In this document: positions 25,405 through 38,915 of the stretch, piece after piece
Layout of the letters: the number at the start of each line of letters is the position of its first letter
Position numbering within the stretch: position 1 is the stretch's first letter
Source: Negaprion brevirostris
Lineage: Eukaryota
Assembly (NCBI GenBank): GCA_030324005.1
Contig: JARDVH010000084.1
Coordinates: 22,031,423 to 22,095,422 of the forward strand
DNA length: 64,000 bases
Reading direction: 5' to 3'
Program-made: the position numbers and the translations under genes
The notes under the pieces: generated by a model
The model's input: the letters and a program-made list of their open reading frames with translations, nothing else
Told to the model about the DNA's origin: nothing
Database searches by the model: none

Positions 25405-25422
25405 TCATCATCCTCACTCCAT
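25405..25422 (+). promoter_or_regulatory. YCAY cluster just downstream of meA6 (candidate NOVA enhancer)
   Basis: TCATCATCCTCACTCCAT, four YCAY in 18 nt. Confidence 0.55.
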
Positions 25423-26820
25423 TTTCCCTTTCCTCCAATGTTCTCATTTCCTAACATTCTCTTGACCCCAACATTTTGCTTTGCCCATCTTTCCCTTTCT
25501 CTCATTCTCAAACTACTCCCCCACCCCCCCATCTGTTTCAACTTTTCAGTGTATATAGTGGTTTTTGTTCTTTTTGTTTATATATACCTTTTTTTACACA
25601 AAATGGACACAAATGATCATTTGTCGGAACCACTTAATCACTTGAATAAAATCAGATGAACACGTGTATTTAGTGCTGTGCCTGAATCTGGTTCTAGTGT
25701 GTAGAAAATGAATGTCTCCAGGAGTACTGACCCTTAAAATTATGAAAAAAAGCTGATATTCGTTAGAATTGCTGCAAAATTTTATGGCTTGATCACATCA
25801 TCATAAATCAAACCTCCATGATTTTTGACTCTGATCAGCTAATATAATTATATCACACTCTGGTTTTCAAGCTATGTTCATTTGCTTACCGTACAAATCA
25901 ACAATTTAACTTTCAAACATACATGTTAGGGGAAGAAGAAGAGTATTTCACAAACATGGAGTTTGAAGGTTAAAGTTAGTTTATTTTCCAGTGTCTCTTA
26001 TCTGGTCATTGTGCAAATGAATGTGAACCAAGGCAAATTTGTAATCTAGGAAAAAAACATCCCTCTTCAAAGAGTGGTAGACAGCAGTTCTCAAACAGAG
26101 TCAACACTGATAATCTGCCATTCAAATCAGTAATGTTCAGGTGAAATTGATTCTGTTTTTATTAGATGGTGTATTTGTTTGTCTGGAGTACTCTGCATTC
26201 AGTAAAGCAATAGATGTTTCAGGCCGTTGTCAGCTTTTGAGAATATAACAATATTGCCTTCACTGAATTATGGATTTAAAATCTTCATGGGGGTGTAACA
26301 ATCTACGAACTTGGATGCTTCAAACATTGTAAAATTTGGTGTCACGATTTAAGTTGTCTGTGTTCACTTTTTAATTGATGTAGGCAATAAAGGCATGTTG
26401 AAATTACATCAAATATTCCAATTCCTCCACTCCCTGCCACACACTCCCATACTTCCTTTTATTGCACCTACTGAGATGTAAATGGATATATTGTTTTCCT
26501 TCCAGATTCGTACAATTTTTACTTGTAACATTGGACCCCATCGAGCCCTTCCAGATAGGTTAGCCCCAACACTTCCACACTGTCACATCTATGAACCTGT
26601 ATCAGATGCTTCTCTTCACCTGATCCCCAAATTCACCTCTCAATTCTAAAATTCCTGCTGGCAAATCCTAAACAAATAGTTTGTATACATTCTTTCTCCC
26701 TGTACTATTCACAAAACTCCTCCCTAACTATTTTGAAATCTTCAGCCCATGGCAGAAAAATCAAGTGTTTGGTTAAGTATGGGGAGCACTGTGCTAATTC
26801 AGGAAGACCTGGTTAACACA

Positions 26821-27346
26821 TAGATCATAGAACCCTACAGTGCAGAAAGAGGCCCTTCGGCCCATCNNNNNNNNNNCATTGTTGTAAGACCTTATCTGAG
26901 CGGTACGGTGGCACAGTGGTTAGCAATGCTGTCTCACAGCACCAGGGATCCCAGTTTGATTCCCGGCTTGGGTCACTGTCTGTGCAGAGTCTGTACGTTC
27001 TGCTTGGGTTTAGAACCCTACAGTGCAGAAAGAGGCCCTTCGGCCCATCGAGTCTGCACTAAACACAATCCCACCCAGGCCCTACCCCCATATCCCTATA
27101 TATGATACCCACTAATCCCTCTAAGCTACGCATCCCTGGACACTAAGGGGCAATCTTAGCATGGCCAATCAACCGAACCCGCACATCTTTGGACTGTGGG
27201 AGGAAACCAGAGTACCTAGAGGAAACCCTCGCAGACATGAGGAGAATGTGAAAACTCCACACAGACAGTGACCCGATCTGGGAATCAAACCCAGGACCCT
27301 GGAGCTGTGAAGCAGCAGTGCCAACCACTGTGCTACCGTGCCGCCA
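26821..27346. mobile_element. Cluster of HE1-like SINEs: minus tail 26821-26866, plus head 26899-27003, full minus copy 27011-27346
   Basis: tRNA-like heads GGCACAGTGGTTAGCA...GTTTGATTCC, V-domain, CR1-shared tail. Confidence 0.88.
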
Positions 27347-27349
27347 AGT

Positions 27350-27960
27350 CAATGAATTTTAATGCAGAAAATGTGAAGTGATAAATTTTGGAGGGAGTCT
27401 AAAAAGAGCAAACTTGGACTAACCGTTAAGTTTTTAAAATGTGAAGAGGCGATACTTAAAGGTTTAGACTGGAAATCTTTAAAAGTTAGAGGACACATTA
27501 ATGCACTTTTCAAGACATGCATATTGGATCCTAGTTTTTTCAATAAGATGTATAAAGTGCAAAAGCAAAAGGATGATGCAAAACCTATATAAATTATTGA
27601 CTAGGCCACAGTTAGTGTATTGTGACCCAAGAATATGGAGAGGTTACAAGAGAAGTGCTAAACTGGTGACTGATTAATGCCTTCAGTTAAAGGCAGAGTT
27701 TTTAAAAAAAACAGACTAGGGCTTTTTTCATTAAAAGAAATGTGCCAAGGAAGGTTTGAGCGGGGTTTTAAAGTAATAAGGTAATTGAGGCAAAACTATT
27801 TCCACTAGTTGGCATAAATTAGTGGAACTACCAAGAGAAGAATGGAGGAGATATTTTTGTGGAGGGTTTATTTGGACTCAGAACATATTGCTGCCAGTAG
27901 TGATAAATTACAATACATAGTAACTTTAAATTTAGAAGTAGATTAATATTTGAAAATTAA
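27350..27960 (+). mobile_element. Very decayed CR1 3' region
   Basis: FNAENVK/LYKLLTRPQLVYC-like remnants. Confidence 0.5.
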
Positions 27961-28019
27961 AATTACAAATTAAAAAGGCAAAGAAAAACAAGCACAATTG
28001 GGTAAGAGGCCTATATTAA

Positions 28020-28340
28020 TAGGAGACAGTGGTATTTTTGCTGGCCCAGTAATCCAGAGACCATGGATGATGTATTGGCGACCTGGGTTTGAATCTCACC
28101 TTGGCAGATGGTTAAATTTTGAATTCAATATAAACAAAAACTGGAATTAAAAGTCTAATGATGACCATAAAACCATTGTTCGATTGTCATAAAAAACCTA
28201 TCTGGCTCACTAATGCCCTTTAGGGAAGGAATTTTATCTACATGTAACTCGAGATCCACAGCAACGTAATAGACTTTAAATTGTCCTCAGGATTGGGCAA
28301 TAAATGCTGTGGTTCAGTCACTGATGCCCACATCCCAGGA
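28020..28340 (+). mobile_element. tRNA-derived SINE of a second family
   Basis: AGTAATCCAGAG...GGGTTTGAATCTCACC head; related copies at 10245, 53405 (minus) and 63155. Confidence 0.7.
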
Positions 28341-31300
28341 ATTTAAGTTTTAAAAATTGAGCTTCCTGTTCCCTCAGGCCAACAATCGTCACATTGGGTC
28401 TCCTGCCCTTTTCTAAACCTGCAATTGACATCCGTTTTTTCCATATTACTTGGGCTCTATTGATTTTTTTTTTGAATGTGTTGTTTCTAATACATTATTT
28501 AACTAGTCATTTGAGTTGTATCAAATATCGCTTCCTTCCAATTTGCACAGCTGATAGGTCACTACTTTCAACTGTCTTTGTTTACTTGCAGCTCAATGTG
28601 TTTGAGGTAATTCCAGTGTTTTTATGCCTCCAGATAGGTTAGTGGCTTAGGTTGTTTGCACATCCAAAATGTGTACAGCAATTCACTCTGTGGCCACAGA
28701 TATACTTCACCTCTGGTTTTACCAAATTATTGGATGAACTTTGCATCATGAACAGCCAGCGGGTGGTGGAGTCAGGGAAGTGTTGGGGCAGGGAAGAGGT
28801 ACTGGACTAAACTAAATATGCAATTTGTGACAATGATGTAATTTTCTATTTCGTTATTGGGGTCAAGCGCCACTGCTCTGTCTCCTGGTGACATTGAAGG
28901 TCTAGGCACTGGAACCATTCAATCATTGACTGTACTTAATAAAACTAAGCATTACTTCAATTAAACCATCCATTTCATTAAATCATTACAAAATATTTCT
29001 CATATTTGAATTTTAAAAAAGAATTGAAATATGCTTTACATGAATTAAAATTTATCCTGTTTAAATTAAGCAGAAACTATTTTAAAAGGACACATACATA
29101 TATAGATGAAACTACTATAATAATATTACTAGCCCATTTCTTTGCTGTTAATTAAGTTATTTTCAATCTAAATAGAATTTTAAAACCCGTAATGATAAAG
29201 GGTAGATTAAGGATGATAAATTCCAAGGTTCTTAATGTGTGTTTTTAACATGTATAAAAGTCACTCATTCTATTGTTCTAGAAGTTGCAGTATCCTCACC
29301 TGGTAGCCCCGTGCAGGCTGTATTTGTAAACAAACAAAGGAAAAGTGATTATTCATAAAATTTGGCCAAACGATATCATCTTCAGACATTTAGATAGAAT
29401 ATTTATTTTATCTGGGAAATTGCTTGGTTAATGTAATGGTGCGAGACTTAAGTTGACCATACAAATAATAAACTTCTTACTTTCTTGTTAAGCAGGGATT
29501 TGGAGAGAAGTGAGAGCTGTGAATGGTTTCTCAAATGTGTTGATATCAGTGATTATTGCGGGCACAGCTAAGTAGTGAACATTTTTCATTTATGTGAGGA
29601 AGTTTCTAATTCCAATGTTTTCTGGTCATGATATGGGCCCTGAATGGGTCCACTTCTGTATTGTTAACTCCTGCATGTGCACTGAAGGAATACCTCAAAG
29701 CACCTGAACAATATAAAGTTAATGAATTATGGGCTACACCATTAAGTGTCAGCAAATCATTTATGTTTCAGTTCACATTCAACAAAATGGAAAGGGGGGG
29801 ATTTTGGGTTGATGTTGTGGTTAACTACATCCAATTCTTTCACTTTTAGGATGTTATTTTTAATCCAGCCAGAATGATAGGAAGAGAGTGTCCTTTCTCT
29901 ACCAATGACCAACATCCTACATGCAAACAGTTGCATCCACAGCTCAAAAATTGCCAATGTTAGCCCAAATCTGACGGTCTTTAGATACAAGGTGACTGAT
30001 TTGAGAATGCAAAGGTCTCATTGATAAAGTTTTGCGATGCTTTAAACTACATCCAGATTTTAATCTGAGTACTTGAAGCTGGCCACAAATGTCAATAATG
30101 GAAAATACTATCATGTCCAACATTTCCTACCCCTTGATGAGCATAAGATGGTTTATTGAGCTGAACTGCTTTGTTTACCCTGTTTGATTTCAGTAGCATT
30201 GCCTAGTGTTCATACATAAATTTTTTATATATGTCCAAGGATGCATGGTATATGCACGTTTGTTTTTAACAATAAATGCATGCCAAAAGTTGTTTGACAA
30301 TGATTTGAACTTTTCCAAGTAAATCTTGACACCTAAAAAGTAAATTTAAAGTAATTTTTGTAGCTTTGTCCTGGTTGGGCCACTAGCAGCTGAGTTAGTC
30401 TTGTCAATGCATCACATTGTTTCCAGATTTGATTTTTACTTCTGCTTCTTTTGGGGGTTGTTGACTATCTTTATGTAAGNNNNNNNNNNNNNNNNNNNNN
30501 NNNNNNNNNNNNNNNNNNNNNNNNNNNNNNNNNNNNNNNNNNNNNNNNNNNNNNNNNNNNNNNNNNNNNNNNNNNNNNNAAGTGCAGCTTATGTGGGGCA
30601 TTACCTTCAGGATACTGCAGCTTCCTTCAAATTGCTGTTCTAGCAATTCATATTTATTTTTAAAAGTCTGAATTTGCACTTTAATGGAATTCATCCTGAA
30701 TATATTTGAATTTAATATTTTCAGTATTACGTGTTAGGTCTTTCTGCGTCTGGTCCTGACCCTGCTAATTTTTTGTTTGAAACATTCTGGATAACTTTTT
30801 CACCATGTGTTCTGAGCTGGAACCTTTTGTCGGCTTGCTATTGGTCACCAGCTCTGCCATTTTGGACTTGATGAATCCTACTTCTCATCCGTCTGATGAA
30901 ACAAAATAATCAATGCTTTAGTTCCAAGATGCTTGTGCATGTTCGAATGTCTCGTTTACACGATAAGAATTGTAAAATAACATTCCCCCAAAAAGTGTTA
31001 AGACTTGTTAAACCCAAATGGCAGGATGAATGAGTTCACCAGAAGTTTCTTCTTCTTATAGTAGTCACACAGTTGCAGTATATTATAGTTGTTTTATTTC
31101 CTAGAGCTGCAGTTTCCTTTTTGTTGTAATTTTTATGGTGTTAGTAGAATGTTCCAGTGATCTAGTTTGTTGAATTTACAATATATTATGATTCAAAATT
31201 AGTAAATTCCTACTTCATGAGCCTAAACATGTGCATTTTGCAAAGCTCACACTCAGTTTTGTGATAATGTGTTATCGTGTAGGGCATTTCTGGCTATCAA

Positions 31301-33258
31301 TGGGATAGAATTTAAATCATTAGGAGCTGTGTTTGTTCAACAACATACTGGGCTCCTTTCCTTTAAAAAATGGTTAGGTATATAATGAGTTCTCACAGTC
31401 ATCTGTTTTCAGAAATGATAAGTTTATGGTTATTTATTTCAAGTTTCAAGAAAATATCACAATTGATACTGCATCCAGTAGTACATGGATGCTATATACC
31501 AGGATTTGATATAGGTAGCCTTTCTAACAATGCAGGTTGTGAATAATGCATTGCTTTAGCTTTCTTTTGTATATTCTTCGCTTTACACTTTCAGAATAAG
31601 ACTAACGATCAGGCAAAAATCCAAAAAGAAAATTTGTTTATAATTCTTCGCAAACTCTGTCAAGATTTGATTTTCAGGATTTTAAATACAGTCCCTAAAA
31701 AGGATACTGCAGCTTAAGTGAACCAGAAGCATTTCAATACATCCTAAAACTAAAACAAGCTTGGTTTCTGATTTGGGATATATGTATAAGATTATTTCTG
31801 AGCCTTTAATGTGGGCACATGGACAATGCAATATGTTTCTGTTAAATCCATTTGTAACATGCATCATTTATTAATTTAAATTTTTAATTATTTTAACATC
31901 AGTAAAGAGATTTTAAAATAAATAGCAACTGCTATTGAGGAAGACTTCTTATACCTGACAAGTGATCAATTTTTCTTCACTTGGAGAATAAATCCTGTAT
32001 TTCACAGGCCCTCAGAGTTGTCCCTATATGACTAGATGCTATATAAGTTATTAAAATGTTAATTTTGTCTATATTAAATAGAATAAACCTGCATAAAATA
32101 TTGACTGCTTTTACTAATGGTAGAATAATTTGGTCACAGGGTTTAAATGGCGATTTGAAATATAACCATCTGTAACAATGTTTTTGTTGATTAGATGGTT
32201 GGGTTAATCCCTGAAGACTGCTGTTCTCGCCAAATTGCAAACACTACAGTCATTATTTTCTTTATTGTACTCTTGGGCTACATTTTCTTAAAAGTTCAAA
32301 AGACACTAGCATTCCACTCAGCAAAGCCAGCCTGCATTTCGTGGTACAATTTGCTTCCGCCTGTGATGTATTGATGAAATAATTTTGTTTTGTGTGAAAC
32401 AACCCTCTGGCCATACAGATTGAATTAAAGTGTTTTCCTTAGGTTCTTGAATAAAGCTGGATGCCCAACCTGCCAGCTTCTGTTGTACATTATGTGAAAC
32501 ATGGTGAGAGGCAGAAAAGTACAATTTTACCCAAGCCTTTTGTCGAAAGTTTCTTGAAGTAATGTGTTAGCTGTCAAAATCCAGCTGCGTATTAAGTGCA
32601 AACTGTTAATTCTGAGGTTCTCAATTGTTGGATGCAGCATGTGCATAACCTTGCAGACATCCTCATTAGCAGAGCAATAAGTATAGCACTCTTCACAGAT
32701 TTTATGCAACTGCATGAATTTCTTGCTTATTTAGCATATAAGGGTTGAGGCAATAGCCACTGCATGCACTGGAGTAGGGAGTGAAGCACCAGGCATGTTA
32801 TGTTAACAAAAATTCTTTCATGTTTATGCTGTCAGGTGAAAACCAGTCTGGCATTGAATTGCGAAGCTGATAGAGGGTTACTGGTGAAATGGAATCCTAT
32901 TTCAAGATCAGCTCAGTTTCATGAATACCTAATAGCGTGTGATTTTTTTTACATTAATCCTTAAACATACTACTTTAATGTTCTTCACAAAAGTTAAATA
33001 ATTGTAGGTTCAATATCAGTTTTTAAACAGAAGATATTAGCCCAAGGGTGCAATAAAATATCAGTGAAATATGTGTGTTTTCATTTCATTCTTTCATACT
33101 TTGGGGGAAAAAGATAAAGGGGAAACTTGTGCATTTTGCATTTGAAAACCACCATGTTCTGTTCCATCACATGATTTTTCTCACCTTTTCTGTGTCTCAG
33201 ATCCGGATAGCTTGTTGTTGGATCAAAAATAACCAGAGCTGTCTTTGTTTTTATACAG

Positions 33259-33369
33259 GAGCCTTGCAAATTGAGAACAGTGAGGAATCTGACCAGGGCA
33301 AATATGAATGCGTATCAACTAACAGCGCTGGAACACGTTACTCTGCTCCAGCCAACTTGTACGTCAGAG
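33259..33369 (+). CDS. PTPRF: Exon, Ig2 C-terminal half ([37 protein letters not shown])
   Basis: ttatacAG acceptor, AG|GTAGGA donor, 111 nt, phase 1-1. Confidence 0.96.
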
Positions 33370-35279
33370 GTAGGAAGTGGACTTCTTAAACTTGTTCTGC
33401 ATTTCAATTTGTTGATGTAATTGTTTAATTTGTGGGAGACATTTTCTGGACTGCTGTATATTTAATTTAATCTTTTTGTTCATTCCAATGATTGAATTCT
33501 TTTTATGTTATGAATTGACTCACATTTTCTACATGTACAAACACAGGATACCAAGGCCATCTCCATCAAACACCTGTAAAATAGGTTCCTTTCTCTGTTC
33601 TAAGCAGCCTGAATATTGTTTAAATCAAAGGTGCAATGTTTCAATCTTTTGTTTTTTTGCTCTTTGTTGCTTTTTCTCTCCTGAGGTTTCTATTTTATCA
33701 AATGAAGATCAGACTGGAGACTTTGTCAGGATACCAGCTTTCTAAAGTTTCCAGGCATATGTTGGTAATGTAAATGATGAATAGCTTCCATTTAAAAACT
33801 TTATCCCTTCAAAGTGAGTGTTTAATATTTTTGCTAGAGCTTCAATTGTATTATTATTTTCCCTTTATTATACGTGGGCTCTGCTAACAACATTTTTAAT
33901 TGGGTGCACTTATTCCGTTTGATTTGGATAGAAACTTTTAAATTTAATTTTAAGAATCATCACATATGCTTCATCCTATGCTTTATGTAAACAAAATTCC
34001 CAAATGCAATCAAAAATTTGAACTTCAAGAATGTGGGAAATAGCAACAGTAAAGAAAGTTAGGCAGCAATTTTGTTCTGCTTAGTACCTTGTTTACACAT
34101 ATAAATGAAGCAGCAGCAGGCAAAACATGGTTTTAGTTTCCCTTATCCAGTTCAAACTGATTAGAGGTAATCTGATTGTCCTTGGGGTGGGAGATTCTAA
34201 GTGCCCAGAGGCTGCTTCTAAATAGAAGGTAGCTGAAAGTATACATATGTCTTGTGATTGGGATTGTTGTTGGTGCAGGCTTGAATGGCCTTCTGCACTG
34301 TAGGGATTCTATGATATTATTGGCAATAACGTGGTTTCCTGACCTTCCTGTACAGTATATGCTCTGCTCTGTGAAGAGCCTTTAGGCATTGTAATTCTTT
34401 ATTCATGGGGTACTTCTGGGGTACAGACTGGGGTGGTGGGGTGCAACTGGAAGAAGGAATTGCTTCCCAAAGAATTGTGATGGGATTGGTGACATGCCAT
34501 TATCCGGCCACGACGGCCAGGACTGCAGATCAAATCCTGCCAGAACTTCAAAATTTACAGATGGCACACAACTTGAAAGCATTTTGAATGGGAGGGGGCA
34601 GTGATAGACTTTTAAAATGTCCTTCTCATGAGTTTTGCTGTTAAATATATCACTATAACATACATAGTATATATGGATTGTGGTCAGGTCCAATGTCAGT
34701 ACCTGGATAGGTTCTTTCTTGTTGTGTTCAGTTTTAAGCTTTAGATCACACTAATGTATCCTATTTGGTAACAATGGACATCTGGGCACCTCGATAGTGT
34801 TCTTTTAGGTTGCTTAAAAAATAATGTTTGCTATTTAAAAATGGTTAGTTTGACAAAATTCAATCAATTTCAACTTACATTGACTTCTCGCATCTAAACC
34901 AAATTGCACTTGACTGAATAATCTTTCTCTTGCCCCACTACTGCATTCAAGTCACCCATGATAATTGTCATTGGCTCACCTGGTTTACTTCAGAATTTCT
35001 TTGATGTTAAAACAGAACTTTTCTATATCTTCATCAGTAATCTTACATTGGAACATAGACCTGGCTCGCATTGATACTGAAAGGCTTTCCTTCTAACTTC
35101 ATAAACAAATCTGCTTTTTCATCAAAACGATGACACCATACTTATGCTTCCAACATCCTGAATAAACCATGACATGCTATGCTACTCATAAACCACAGCT
35201 ATCTATTACTAGTCAGTCTGACCTTGCTCATACCAAAAATATCAATGTTCATATCTGTCATTTCCGATTGCCGCAGCCC

Positions 35280-36710
35280 CTCTAACATCCTTTTCCAGGG
35301 TATTTGCTTACTCTCAAAGTTATTGCCATTAACAACCTTATTGTAGATGATCGGATGGGTGTCCTGACTTTAGCCGAAGCCTGGATCCTACGTACTAACG
35401 TCAGCCCCTTAATGTAGCCTCCCTACCTAGCTATACTTTCCAGTGTCTGTAGAGTTCAACCATTATGGCGCTTCTATCAAGAAATCAATAATTGTTTACT
35501 TCATTTATGTTTCTGTATGACTCTTTGATCCTCAGGTCACCTACAGTTGCATTTTTAAACAACCGGTTTATGTACCTTTGTCCTTCCAGTCAACACAGCA
35601 GTTCAGCCATTGATTGGCTCAGCCACTCTTTCTCCCCCATCTTGAATCAGGTTTCACTCCCTGGTGCCACAAAAGATCCAAATATCCTCTGTTACCATGT
35701 TATACTTTTTTCCTCCTTGTCCTCGGGTGGCACAGTACTGCCTCAAAGTGCCAGGGACCCAGATTCACTTCCAGTTTGGGTGACTGTAATGCGTGGAGTT
35801 TGCATGTTTTCCCCGTGTTTGTGTCGGTTTCCTCCGGGTGTTCCGGTTCTGCAGTCCAAAGATGTGCAGGTGAACCGGCTGTGTTAAATTGAGCCTTAGT
35901 GTTGGGGGATTAGCAGGCTCAATGTGCCAAATGGCCACCTCCTGCACTGTAGGGACTCTTTGATCTTCTCGTCTTCTGTTATTCGTACCAGTGGAACTGT
36001 ATTCACTCGGTACATCCACATCTTTAACACATCCAACCAGCTCCAGAGCAACTCCAGCATTAACTTATCGTTCTACTGCTGGAATATTAACCCTAAAGGC
36101 CTCCCCCCTCCCCAAAAAAAGGATCTACTCTTGGATTTCTTTTCCTCCACCTTAATGGTGGATCTTTTTGTAGCTTCCAAAGACATAAGGACAACTTCCA
36201 CATATATGCTGACAATATTCATCTGTAGCTCTGTACAGCTTCTGCAACTCTTCAACTATGCACCACCTCCTTGTCCAGTATCTGATTGTGATGGATGAGC
36301 TGCAGTTTCCTCCTTTTAAACATTGGAAGCTAAAGTTCAATCTGAATGGTCTACTCCTAATTAGTATGTTCATATAATCCCATCAAACTCCTTACTTTTC
36401 CCTGGCTACTGCCTTGGGTTGAGCCACCAACATATACCCTTGAAACATTGCCTTCCTCTGCCTCAGCTTGTGTGCTGCTGAAACTCTTAATCATGCCTTT
36501 GTAACACTCAAATTCAACTGTTGCAATGCTGCCTTGGCCAGTCTCCCATCCTCCACCCTCCTGATTTCTCACCAATGATGCCCTTTCTTGCTGACCAACT
36601 TTGACTCCTCATCTGCCATAGGCTCCAGTTTAAAATTCCCATCCTCATGTTTAACTCGCTTTCATAACTTTGCCTCTTACTGTCTCTGTACCCTACACCA
36701 TCTTTTTGAC
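35280..36710 (+). mobile_element. Decayed L2-like LINE interrupted by an HE1-like SINE at 35725-35965
   Basis: endonuclease-like VLTLAEAW; pyrimidine-rich strand; FKIPILMF-like C-terminus; SINE head and V-domain. Confidence 0.5.
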
Positions 36711-36720
36711 TACTGCTTGA

Positions 36721-36815
36721 GCTCTGACAGAGGGTCATCCAGATTCGAAACATGATTCCCTCTCCACCGGTGCTGTCAGACCTGCTGACATTTTCTAGCA
36801 TTTTCTGTTCTTGCT
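36721..36815 (+). mobile_element. Penelope-like terminal repeat fragment with a degenerate hammerhead core
   Basis: CTGACAGAGGGTCATCCAGATTCGAAAC followed by GCTGTCAGACCTGCTGA..TTTTCTAGCATTTTCTG. Confidence 0.55.
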
Positions 36816-37299
36816 TCAACTACTCCATTCCACCATCTCAGCTGAAGGAATCAACATGGATGCTAATTAGACAGCATAACTGGACTATTTACAAAGGACA
36901 ACCAAACTGCTGTTTTGTCCTCCTTTTAATGTGTACATTGTTAAATGTTGATCTGACATTTTGTAAAACCAGCAGCATATTAGGGTAATTAGATGACAGG
37001 TTGACTAACTACAATGACAGTTGGCTGACTGACGTAATGCATTTATCAAACAAACAACCTTCTGGTGTACCTCTGCTTTCAGCCTCTTTGTGAGCTTACT
37101 CGCTTATTTGAACTTTTTGCAAAAGAAACTAAGCATAATTTATTCAAGATTTCTTAAGTCCAAAATTTGATATAAAATAACATTTAAGCAAAATAAATTT
37201 CACTTCTTAATGATGACTGAGTTACAGGTTGTTAATTTCACCCTTTGTTCTGGTTCCTGTTTTAGACAAAAAAAATTATAAATTAAACCTGTGACAAAT

Positions 37300-37810
37300 C
37301 AGCAACTTTTTAACTTAACAAAAGATCCCAAAGTGCATCAGAAGAGCATTTATAAGCGCAATGTGATACTGAGCCACATAAGGAGCTATTAGATCAGATG
37401 ACCAAAAGCTTAGTTAAAGTGATATATTTCAAAAAGTGCCTTAAAGAAGGAAAATGAGATGGAAAGGCATAGGGAAGGAATTCCAGAGCTTACGGTCTAG
37501 ACAACTAGATGCACAGTCACCAATGATAGAGCAGTTATAATAAAAGCAAATACTGTGGTGGAGCAATTATAGTTGGGAATGCACAAGAGGCCTGAATGAG
37601 AGAAGTGCGGATATCAAGAGAGTTGTGGCATTGGACGAGATGTGGATGGGTGAGGCCATGATAAGATTTGAAAGGAATGATTAGGATATTAAAATCAAGA
37701 CTTTGCTTGACTGGGAGTCACTGTAGCTCTGACTACAGACATAATAAGGAAACAGGACTTCCTGTGAGTTAGGACATGACAGTAATGTTTTAGATGACCA
37801 CAATTTTAAG
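37300..37810 (-). mobile_element. L2-like LINE 3' end
   Basis: GAGCCACATAAGGAG...GACCAAAAGCTT...GGAATTCCAGAG pattern. Confidence 0.6.
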
Positions 37811-38597
37811 GAGCTCATAATTTGAAACTGAAAGGAAATTTTAATCTTCATTTACTGAGGCGGTGTTGAGACTAAAAGGTTTTGTCCTTTGGTTGAATCA
37901 ATTTTTTGGTTTCTACATCATATTGTTAGCATCCCTTATCAATGACCATCATTCTTGCTTTGGAGAACTTGTGGACTTGGAGATAAAAAAAACTTACTAT
38001 CTGATTAGTATTACTAATGATCAATGTTTTCATGATTTAAAAGCTAGTTGAGATCAGCTATGTAGTGGTGATCTGCCTAATGGCAGGGCTGCTGCTCATC
38101 TCCACATCTCACAGGCGTATGCTTTCAACAATGAATCGTAAATTGGTCTTATTGTTTATTATCTTGTCAAGCCACTAAATTCAGATTGCTTCTTTGAGTC
38201 ATTTACACCTTTCAAATGGCCTCCAAAAGACTATTTTTATGGTTAGTGTGTAATTGACAGCAAGCATGCAATACTGCTACTGGCACATTATTACACAGGA
38301 AAGAGCTGCAATCCCAAATGGCACGTTGGCCCTAGGTTGGCCATCAGAAGTAGCACAAAGAAGTGGGCAGTTTCTATTTGTCTTTCAGTTGAAGCAGTGA
38401 TTTGCTGGTGGGGTTAATTTGTAAATTAACAAAGTGACATTCAGAACTTGAAAGTCTATTGATGTTCTATGGTGCAGCAGCAATATGCTGATGTCATTTA
38501 AAAAGATACAGCATCCGCAATAACTTGTTTGTGCAGTGTACACAAACTACTTGTCCAAAGATTATAACATAGTGACCTGGAGTTTATGGTCAGTATC

Positions 38598-38915
38598 ATA
38601 GAGGCATAGAGGATTACAGGTTGGAAGCAGGCCTTTCAGCCCAAATTGTCCATGCTGACTTTTTTAAACCTTTAAGTTAGTCCCAGTTGTCCGTGTTTGG
38701 CCCATATCCCTCTATACACATCTTAACCATATAACTGTTTAAATGCTTTTTAAAAGACAAATTACAGCCTTTACTACGACCTCTGGCAGCTTGTTCTAGA
38801 CACTCACCACCCTCTGAGAAAAAATTGCCCCTCAGGAATCTTTTGTATCTCTCCCCTTTCACTTTAAGCTGATACCATATTGTTTTAGACTTCCCAGTGA
38901 CAAAACAGGAGCTTT
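38598..38915 (-). mobile_element. CR1/HER1-like 3' end
   Basis: LKVKGERYKRFLRGNFF and tail. Confidence 0.8.

Noticed and set aside
26899-26970. tRNA-like A/B box sequences here and in other SINE heads
   Set aside because: They are SINE heads followed by the V-domain and LINE-derived tails, not tRNA genes.
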